NCBI RefSeq assembly: GCF_003072485.1
Contig: NZ_CP025989.1
Location: forward strand, 805,349-837,348
DNA from: Candidatus Fokinia solitaria
Lineage (GTDB): Bacteria; Pseudomonadota; Alphaproteobacteria; Rickettsiales; Midichloriaceae
Reading direction: 5' to 3'
Length of the DNA: 32,000 bases
A program made the position numbers and the translations under genes. The notes under the pieces were generated by a model, which was not told the origin of the DNA, searched no databases, and worked only from the letters and a program-made list of their open reading frames with translations. Below are positions 7,713 to 14,566 of the stretch, one piece after another (position 1 is the stretch's first letter; the number at the start of each line of letters is the position of its first letter).

Positions 7713-8993
7713 TTATTCGCCATCATTGAACTTCCTCTTCAGCATATCTCTGAGTTCATTCAAGCGTTGGTTATAAGTACTTAAATCAAAATCCGCTATC
7801 TTAGCAACTCCATCAGAAATAGCAGCACTTGCTACAGCATACGATACCGCTCTTAGCATCTCTTCGTTGAATGGTGATGGTACTATGTGATTTTTTCCAT
7901 ATTCAGGACTCTGAGTAGCCACCATTGCTATCGCGTGCGCAGCATTTAATTTCATGCGAGTTGTAATCTTTGTAGCTCTTACATCTAAAGCGCCTCTAAA
8001 AATGTATGGAAATCCTAAAACATTATTAATCTGATTCGTGTAATCACTACGCCCTGTTCCTATGATAACATCATTTCTCACCGCTTGCGCGTCTTCCGGT
8101 CTTATTTCTGGCTCGGGATTTGCTAAAGCGAATACTATTGGATCGGGCGCCATGTTCTTGATCATAGCACTGGAAAATGCTCCAGCTACAGAACAGCCTA
8201 TTAACACATCTGCACCTATTGCAGCATCTGTTAAAGTACGTACTGTTATGCTTACAGGTAATGCAAAATGCTTTTTCCATTCATTTAAATCATCACGTCC
8301 TCTATGTATTACTCCTTTGCTATCACACATAACGATCTTTTCCCTGCTAAAGCCAAAACTCTCGAGTAAATATGCAGACGCAATCGCTGCACTACCTGCG
8401 CCATTTATCACGATTTTCACATCTTCTTTTCGCTTTCTCACAAGAGATAAAGCATTAATCAGCCCTGCCAATATCACTACGGCGGTACCATGTTGATCGT
8501 CATGAAATACTGGAATATCAAGTAAATTCGATAACATTTCCTCTATTACGAAGCACTCAGGCGCTTTTATATCCTCGAGATTGATGCCTCCCCAGGTATT
8601 TCCTATCGCTCTTACAATGCTTACAAAACCTTCTATACTATTTTCATCTACCTCGATGTCTACTCCGTCAATATTGCTAAATCTCTTCAGCAAACATGCC
8701 TTCCCTTCCATCACCGGTTTCGAAGCTAGTGCACCTATATTACCTAATCCAAGCACAGCGGTACCATTACTAATTACCGCTACACTATTACCCTTTGCAG
8801 TATACTTATAAGCAGCTTCAGGATTATTTTGTATTTCTGTACATGGCGCAGCTACTCCTGGAGAATAAGCAAGAGATAAGTCAGCTTTTGTAACCATTCG
8901 CTTCGTTAACTCTAGTCCTGTCTTACCAGGTCTTGGTATCTTATGAAACTCTAAAGCAGCTTCATAAAGCGTGGAATTCGTAGTTTTTTGCAT
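7713..8993 (-). CDS. NAD(P)-dependent malic enzyme (short form, no phosphotransacetylase-like domain)
   Basis: 426 aa. DLSLAYSPGVAAPC, AVISNGTAVLGLGNIGALASKPVMEGKA, FHDDQHGTAVV and the dinucleotide loop NGAGSAAIA are typical of the bacterial MaeB-type catalytic domain. The stop lies 18 nt upstream of the gpmI start on the same strand. Confidence 0.85.
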   Translation of the reverse strand: MQKTTNSTLYEAALEFHKIPRPGKTGLELTKRMVTKADLSLAYSPGVAAPCTEIQNNPEAAYKYTAKGNSVAVISNGTAVLGLGNIGALASKPVMEGKACLLKRFSNIDGVDIEVDENSIEGFVSIVRAIGNTWGGINLEDIKAPECFVIEEMLSNLLDIPVFHDDQHGTAVVILAGLINALSLVRKRKEDVKIVINGAGSAAIASAYLLESFGFSREKIVMCDSKGVIHRGRDDLNEWKKHFALPVSITVRTLTDAAIGADVLIGCSVAGAFSSAMIKNMAPDPIVFALANPEPEIRPEDAQAVRNDVIIGTGRSDYTNQINNVLGFPYIFRGALDVRATKITTRMKLNAAHAIAMVATQSPEYGKNHIVPSPFNEEMLRAVSYAVASAAISDGVAKIADFDLSTYNQRLNELRDMLKRKFNDGE

Positions 8994-9050
8994 TTTTCAG
9001 CAAAGTCTTATATCATCAATTCTGTGCCAACGCTTTACAATAAAAAATTC

Positions 9051-10148
9051 ATGAAAGCAATTAGAAGAAGCATTACGCTTTACTTTATATTGTCAATTTC
9101 GTCGATAATGACTGCGTTTAATGCAGCACACTCTCAGCCACCTATCACTACCAAAATAGCCCAAAGTATAGAGAAAAAATTGACTGAATATGTCAAGACT
9201 AATAGAGAACTTGGATATAGTATGAATATCTCAACAGATTTTGACAAAAAGATGAATAACCTTCAGATTGATGGTCTTGATCTTAGTAATAGTAACATTG
9301 ACAGTATCGACTTTTCGAACAGTACCTTCAAAAAGGTGAATTTCTTCGGTTCATTCAGCGATAAAGCAAATTATTCGAATTCAAAGTTTTTCGATGTCAA
9401 TTTCTCTCAAGCTAGTTTGTTTAATACAAATTTTAGCAATGCTGAATTTCATAATTGCATTTTCGATCGCACTTTCTTGAAAAATGCAAATTTTAGCGGT
9501 GCTAAGTTTTATGATAGCATAATATCAAGCAGTAACATGAGAAATGTTATAATGGATCAATTCACTGCTACTTCTACAAGATTTCAAGATATAAAATTTG
9601 AAGATGCGCAGATAACAAATTCAAATTTTCAGACGTGCTTCTTCGAAAAGCTTTTTCTTCCAAAGGTACTTTTTACTAACGTTGCAATCAAAGGAGGTAA
9701 AATAGAAAAAGCACTCTTTGCATCTTCCGATGTTCAAAATGTCGTTTTTTCAAACGTCGCACTCTCAAATGTAAAATTTAACTCTTCTAAACTATCATCT
9801 ACAACATTCGCTTCTGCAAATCTGACATTACTTCAAATTAAAGATTCTTCAAGCTCAGATCTATCCGTAAACAGTTCTTCATTAGTTGGGTGCATTATCA
9901 CAAATTCTAAATTACTAAATCCAAAATTCGCATTATCCGAACTATCAGATATATCGGTAAAAGACTCGCAAATGCAACAAACTCAGATTATTTCCTCTAT
10001 TATGAAGGAGTTTATAATGAACAGTTCTTCCGTAATTTGCTCTACATGCACTAATAACTATATTTCTGCGCAAACTCATGCAAGTACAATTACGTGTGAT
10101 GGTAACGGTAATTCTATCAATCTCACCAAAATTACAAGCGTAAATTAA
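9051..10148 (+). CDS. Secreted pentapeptide-repeat protein
   Basis: I trimmed the start to the ATG at 9051 (MKAIRRSITLYFILSISSIMTAFNAAHSQ...), which gives a basic n-region, a hydrophobic core and small residues, i.e. a Sec-type signal peptide. From about 9258 to 10037 the sequence has strict period-5 hydrophobic spacing, e.g. DFSNS TFKKV NFFGS FSDKA NYSNS KFFDV NFSQA SLFNT NFSNA EFHNC IFDRT FLKNA NFSGA KFYDS. That is about 50 pentads by eye. Confidence 0.8.
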   Translation: MKAIRRSITLYFILSISSIMTAFNAAHSQPPITTKIAQSIEKKLTEYVKTNRELGYSMNISTDFDKKMNNLQIDGLDLSNSNIDSIDFSNSTFKKVNFFGSFSDKANYSNSKFFDVNFSQASLFNTNFSNAEFHNCIFDRTFLKNANFSGAKFYDSIISSSNMRNVIMDQFTATSTRFQDIKFEDAQITNSNFQTCFFEKLFLPKVLFTNVAIKGGKIEKALFASSDVQNVVFSNVALSNVKFNSSKLSSTTFASANLTLLQIKDSSSSDLSVNSSSLVGCIITNSKLLNPKFALSELSDISVKDSQMQQTQIISSIMKEFIMNSSSVICSTCTNNYISAQTHASTITCDGNGNSINLTKITSVN

Positions 10149-10218
10149 TAATTTTTCTTTACAATCATGATCGTTTTTGTATTCTAGCATCGTATTTAAA
10201 TTTAAGTGTTGCGAAGAA

Positions 10219-11013
10219 ATGGCCGGTTCAATGAATAAGGTAATTTTTGTTGGAAGAGTATTAGAAGAACCAAAATTGACTGATAGAGGCGATAGTACTT
10301 TTGCATCATTTCCTCTCTTAACATCCGAGTGTTGGCGAGATAAAAGCACCAACGAAATGAAAGAAAAGAGTGAAGAGCATAAAATCGTAATATTTAACGA
10401 GAAAGGGTTAGAAGCAGTACGAAATTCCGTCAGAAAGGATCACAACGTCTTTCTTGAAGGGCAACTTCAAACAAGAAAGCTAAGCGAAGAAGTAAATGGT
10501 ATTGTGGTAGAAAAATATATGACAGAAATAGTACTTCCAAAGTTCAAAAGTGAGCTGATCGATTTAGGCGCAAGCGCAAGCAACATAGAGTACATGAATA
10601 AAGTGTTATTGGTAGGAAATATCGGTAAGGATCCGGAGATTCGTACATCGCAGGACAAAGATGGTATAAAGGAAGTAAAAATTGCATCATTTCCTATTGC
10701 TACATCAGAGATTTGGAGAGATAAAAGCACTAATGAGATTCGAGAAAAAACTGAGTGGCATAGAGTAGTCGTGTTCAATGAGCGTTTGATAGATGTTGTG
10801 GAAAAATACGTACGCAAAGGACGTAAAATAGCAATTGAAGGGCATATACAAAACAGAAGATGGCTTGACTCTTCTAACGCTGAGAGAAACGTCACAGAAG
10901 TCGTATTACCTAGATTCCGCGGAGAACTCATTCTACTAAGTAGTACTGATTCTATGTCTATGGACAAAAGAGAACATTTTCATGACGAAGGTAGTGATGA
11001 AGTGCCATTTTAG
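10219..11013 (+). CDS. ssb: Single-stranded DNA-binding protein with two tandem OB folds
   Basis: The start is set at 10219 (MAGSMNKVIFVGRV..., compare E. coli MASRGVNKVILVGNLG). A second full OB unit begins at 10594 (MNKVLLVGNIGKDPEIRT...SEIWRDKSTNEIREKTEWHRVVVF...EGHIQNRRW...). The protein ends with the acidic tip DEVPF, like the canonical DDDIPF. Confidence 0.85.
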   Translation: MAGSMNKVIFVGRVLEEPKLTDRGDSTFASFPLLTSECWRDKSTNEMKEKSEEHKIVIFNEKGLEAVRNSVRKDHNVFLEGQLQTRKLSEEVNGIVVEKYMTEIVLPKFKSELIDLGASASNIEYMNKVLLVGNIGKDPEIRTSQDKDGIKEVKIASFPIATSEIWRDKSTNEIREKTEWHRVVVFNERLIDVVEKYVRKGRKIAIEGHIQNRRWLDSSNAERNVTEVVLPRFRGELILLSSTDSMSMDKREHFHDEGSDEVPF

Positions 11014-11028
11014 CACTGACTACTTGCA

Positions 11029-12360
11029 ATGAAGGTATACGTCTCTCTTGGCTCTAACATCGGATGTAGAATATCCAATATCAGGAAAGCGTTAGATGAA
11101 TTAAAACAATTAGGGCTATCGGACATAAAACATACTTGTTGTATAGAAACTTCGCCTATACTTTTACCGAATAGCCCTTCTGAATGGAAGAACACCCCTT
11201 ACCTTAATGCAGTCGCTTCATTTACAACTGATATCACACTTACACAACTTCTGAAGCAATTTCAAAAAATAGAAAAAAAACTCGGTAGAACAGAAAAAAA
11301 ATTAAAATGGGCACCAAGAATCATCGATATTGATATATTACTCACCACGCCTCATACAGTAAGTAGCACACCATTTCTCACCTTACCTCATCCGGAAATT
11401 TTAAATCGACCGTTTTTAATACATTTACTTGCCATTCTAGAGCCTACATTAGTCTTTTCTGATAATTTCTCACATACAACTAAAACATTTGTAGAGATTG
11501 CGCACTCTATTAATGCCGTACAAAATCTCGGCAATTACAGGAGCTTCACTATATATCCGGAAATTGTAGGAATACTAAATGTCACAAAAGACTCATTCTC
11601 CGACGGAGGATTATACAATACTGCAGAAAAAGCTGTATCGCACTTCGCTTCTCTCGAAAATGCTGGCGCTTCTATAATTGATATAGGGGCAGAATCTACT
11701 AGACCAGGAGCGGTAAAATTATCATCTGAAGAAGAATATACGCAATTAGATATCACGCTATCTGCAATCAGCAATGCAAGTAGCAGCGTCAAAATAAGCA
11801 TTGATAGCTACAATTTCGATGTAATAGAACGCATTTTGCAAAAATATTCCAACACTATTTCCTACATTAATCTTGTGCAATGGCACTTTCAGCCACATGA
11901 AATACGCGCATTAGCGCAGTATAAAACGAAATTTATCGTAATGCATTCAATATCCGTACCTCCGTCATATACTGCTGTTCTACCTGTAAATACCGATGTT
12001 GTACAATCTATTGCAAAATGGAGTGAATTTGTTGTGAATAGCGCGGTAACAAACGGCATTGCAGCTTCTGATTTGATTTTAGACGTTGGAATAGGATTCG
12101 GCAAAACGCATTATCAGAATCTTGAATTACTGAGGAAATTAAGAAACTTCAGAGATGCTATCGCGGAAGACTGTGCTATTCTCATAGGACACTCACGCAA
12201 ATCGTATATCAATGCTATTTCGTCTCAGCTTCCTATCAACAGGGATCTTGAAACTGCTATAATATCAGCCTCCATAGCGCAGTACGTTGACTACTTGAGA
12301 GTGCATAATGTCACTGATACGCATCGCGCATGCGTCACACGCGACATGATCACTCGCTAA
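11029..12360 (+). CDS. folKP: Bifunctional HPPK / dihydropteroate synthase (FolK-FolP fusion)
   Basis: The N-terminal part (VYVSLGSNIG...WAPRIIDIDILL...LTLPHPEILNRPF) is HPPK. The part from about residue 180 (IVGILNVTKDSFSDGG...IIDIGAESTRPGA...ILDVGIGFGKT...GHSRKS) is the DHPS pterin-binding domain. The whole is one uninterrupted frame. Confidence 0.85.
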   Translation: MKVYVSLGSNIGCRISNIRKALDELKQLGLSDIKHTCCIETSPILLPNSPSEWKNTPYLNAVASFTTDITLTQLLKQFQKIEKKLGRTEKKLKWAPRIIDIDILLTTPHTVSSTPFLTLPHPEILNRPFLIHLLAILEPTLVFSDNFSHTTKTFVEIAHSINAVQNLGNYRSFTIYPEIVGILNVTKDSFSDGGLYNTAEKAVSHFASLENAGASIIDIGAESTRPGAVKLSSEEEYTQLDITLSAISNASSSVKISIDSYNFDVIERILQKYSNTISYINLVQWHFQPHEIRALAQYKTKFIVMHSISVPPSYTAVLPVNTDVVQSIAKWSEFVVNSAVTNGIAASDLILDVGIGFGKTHYQNLELLRKLRNFRDAIAEDCAILIGHSRKSYINAISSQLPINRDLETAIISASIAQYVDYLRVHNVTDTHRACVTRDMITR

Positions 12361-12826
12361 CAGTGATGTTTATGATGTCAGAAATGACATGGTTATAATC
12401 TCGAATGAATTTTTCGTAAGCACAACGTTTAAAAGACACTACATCTTCTATAACAGACTTTACACTGCACCACCTCCAAGCAGAAAATTCTACTGGCTCT
12501 TTTAGTATATCAATTTCTTCATCAGTACCATAAAATCTAAGTACAAACCATCTTTGCTTTTGTCCAACATAACATCCGTTCCATACTTTTTCTCTTACTT
12601 CTTTTGGAAAATCATACTGATACCACACATCATTATTACCTATCATCTCCACATTCTTAATCCCCGTCTCTTCATATACCTCTCTAAGTACTGCCTCTTC
12701 CGGGTTTTCGTTCTCTTCTATCCCTCCTTGCGGCAATTGCCATCCATTTATATTGTCAATTCTCTTTCCCTGCCATACTCCAATATTGCTCTTTACTATT
12801 ATAGCACCAACACCGAGTCTGTACAT
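12350..12826 (-). CDS. rppH: RNA pyrophosphohydrolase (Nudix family)
   Basis: 158 aa. MYRLGVGAIIV...WQLPQGGIEENENPEEAVLREVYEETGI is the Nudix box in RppH/NudH context, followed by the typical QKQRWF segment. Confidence 0.8.
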   Translation of the reverse strand: MYRLGVGAIIVKSNIGVWQGKRIDNINGWQLPQGGIEENENPEEAVLREVYEETGIKNVEMIGNNDVWYQYDFPKEVREKVWNGCYVGQKQRWFVLRFYGTDEEIDILKEPVEFSAWRWCSVKSVIEDVVSFKRCAYEKFIRDYNHVISDIINITVSE

Positions 12827-12874
12827 TTAAACTTTAACTCTATATAAATATCAACGATACTTAAGAAGTAACGT

Positions 12875-13285
12875 ATGTACAATCACTATTTTAAAGGGCA
12901 AGCGCCATCGAACAGACAAGCAATGCTTGCCAAAGCAATACGAAATGAAATAGCACTTTTGGCAGTACGTGGAGAACTGCTAGAATATGGAATATCTGGA
13001 GAGGAAGTTACAATTACCGGCAGTAACATCAGCAGAGATCTAAAAAACGCGAGTGTTTTTGTACACATCAATAATTTCCTGAATTCTAAAGATAGTAAGG
13101 AAAATGGCAATTCTGCACCTTACGATTTATTGCTGAAAAATTTTGAAAATGCGAAGCATTTCATACGCTCAAAAATATGCGCAGCAATGAGTATGCGCTA
13201 TGTACCTCAATTATATTTTAAGAGAGATCATTCTATCGATGCATTGCACGAGATTGATGTGGTAATACGTTCATTATCAAATTGA
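12875..13285 (+). CDS. rbfA: Ribosome-binding factor A
   Basis: 136 aa. RQAMLAKAIRNEIALLAVRGEL...VTITGSNISRDLKNASVFV fits the RbfA KH-like core pattern (R..R....I......VTIT.V.VS.DL..A.V). Confidence 0.75.
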   Translation: MYNHYFKGQAPSNRQAMLAKAIRNEIALLAVRGELLEYGISGEEVTITGSNISRDLKNASVFVHINNFLNSKDSKENGNSAPYDLLLKNFENAKHFIRSKICAAMSMRYVPQLYFKRDHSIDALHEIDVVIRSLSN

Positions 13286-13869
13286 TCATGACTTTAGTAC
13301 TTGCTTCCTCATCTCCATTCAGAATCGCTTTACTGAAACAAATGGGATATATACCTGATATAGTGGATTCCCCTGACATAGATGAAACAGGATTCAAAGG
13401 AGAAAAGCCGCTAAAACTAGCTACGAGACTCGCATCACAAAAAGCATCAATTGTCTTTGAAAGACATAGTAATTGTATTGTGCTAGGCGCTGATACCGTC
13501 ACTACCGTTGGAGGTCGCATTTTACCAAAAGCTTTAACCCAAGAAGAAGCAGTTTTATGCATGAATGCGTGGTCGGGAAAAAGAGTTAAAGTCTATACTG
13601 GTGTTTGTTGTATAAAAGCAGGTATAAAAAGAGAGAAAAATTCATGCACTACTCTAAAATTCAAGCCGTTATCTATGCGAGAGAAAAATGCTTACTTAGC
13701 TTCTAGAGAATGGTACGGAAAAGCTGGAGGATATGGTATTCAAGGAATAGCAGCAAGTTTTATATCTTGGAGTAGCGGTAGTACGTACACAAATGTTGCA
13801 GGCTTACCACTTTACGAGACGTATTGTCTATTATCGTCATTTGGCGTTTTCCCTAATTATAATATATAA
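13282..13869 (+). CDS. maf: Maf-like nucleoside-triphosphate pyrophosphatase
   Basis: LVLASSSPFRIALLKQMGY...VLGADTVTTVGGRILPKA...GKAGGYGIQG is the Maf family signature. The track start 13282 is TTG and overlaps the rbfA stop. The ATG at 13288 (MTLVLASSSP) is the more likely start. Confidence 0.85.
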   Translation: MIMTLVLASSSPFRIALLKQMGYIPDIVDSPDIDETGFKGEKPLKLATRLASQKASIVFERHSNCIVLGADTVTTVGGRILPKALTQEEAVLCMNAWSGKRVKVYTGVCCIKAGIKREKNSCTTLKFKPLSMREKNAYLASREWYGKAGGYGIQGIAASFISWSSGSTYTNVAGLPLYETYCLLSSFGVFPNYNI

Positions 13870-13876
13870 ATGCAAA

Positions 13877-14404
13877 ATGCAGTATAATGCTATTTTCAAG
13901 CTCAGATCAGAGGAAATAATTTTCAACATTCTCTCGGCAGCACTATTGAGTATGAATTATGAAATAGTCCGCATTAGAATAGGAAATAATACGCATGTAG
14001 AAATACTGGTAGAGAGAGTGACAGGAGAAGCGATATCGATAGATGAAACTGCTGAAATAGCAAGATATATAAAGCCGCTACTATACCAAGGAAACGCAAT
14101 ATTACTACATGAACAAAACTTTTCTCCTGCAAATTATAGCTACGATGTTAGCTCATGCGGAGTAGAAAAACCTCTCACGAGAGAAAAAGATTTATTACGC
14201 GCTATTGGTAAAAGAGTAAGCGTGAAGCTCTATCGAAGTATCATCGATCAAAACAGATCAAAATTGAAAAAATTGGAAGGAGAGCTTTTAAAACTTACCG
14301 ATACAGCAATAACAATACAGTACAATTCTGCAGAAATTAACGTACCATTTGACAATATATCAGACATTATACTGGTATATATCCCATGGAAAACAAAGAA
14401 GTAA
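13877..14404 (+). CDS. rimP: Ribosome maturation factor RimP
   Basis: I trimmed the start to the ATG at 13877 (MQYNAIFKL...). Size (175 aa) and layout match RimP: an N-terminal alpha/beta part (...YEIVRIRIGNNTHVEILVER...ISIDETAEIARYI) and a C-terminal Sm-like part (GKRVSVKL...LEGELLKLTDTAITI). The motif-level match is weaker than for the other calls. Confidence 0.6.
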   Translation: MQYNAIFKLRSEEIIFNILSAALLSMNYEIVRIRIGNNTHVEILVERVTGEAISIDETAEIARYIKPLLYQGNAILLHEQNFSPANYSYDVSSCGVEKPLTREKDLLRAIGKRVSVKLYRSIIDQNRSKLKKLEGELLKLTDTAITIQYNSAEINVPFDNISDIILVYIPWKTKK

Positions 14405-14439
14405 CGTAATACACATCATTGATTTGATCGCGCGTATCA

Positions 14440-14468
14440 TTGATTATGCACGCCTCGCGTAGTACAAT
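14440..14468 (+). promoter_or_regulatory. Candidate sigma70-type promoter upstream of ppdK
   Basis: TTGATT (14440-14445), a 17-nt spacer and TACAAT (14463-14468) lie about 100 nt upstream of the ppdK ATG. The -35 hexamer sits inside the second copy of a direct repeat ATCATTGATT (14415-14424 and 14436-14445). Such matches are frequent in AT-rich DNA. Confidence 0.35.
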
Positions 14469-14566
14469 GACGTCAGATTATATGCCGCTATTTGTGAGAT
14501 AATAAATGTTCTTGTCTGATAAATAATCAGCTTCAACGCTTAATACGTAAAGAGTTATACTTAAAG

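Noticed and set aside
8062-8496. Long antisense or alternative-frame ORFs in the track, e.g. 2312-2716(-), 8062-8496(+), 10467-10967(-), 17517-17975(+), 23935-24504(-), 25311-25661(+), 26879-27226(-), 4548-4913(-).
   Set aside because: Each lies entirely inside a confidently identified gene on the opposite strand or in another frame. Their compositions are low-complexity and Ser/Leu/Ile-rich, typical of shadow ORFs, and none shows a recognisable motif.
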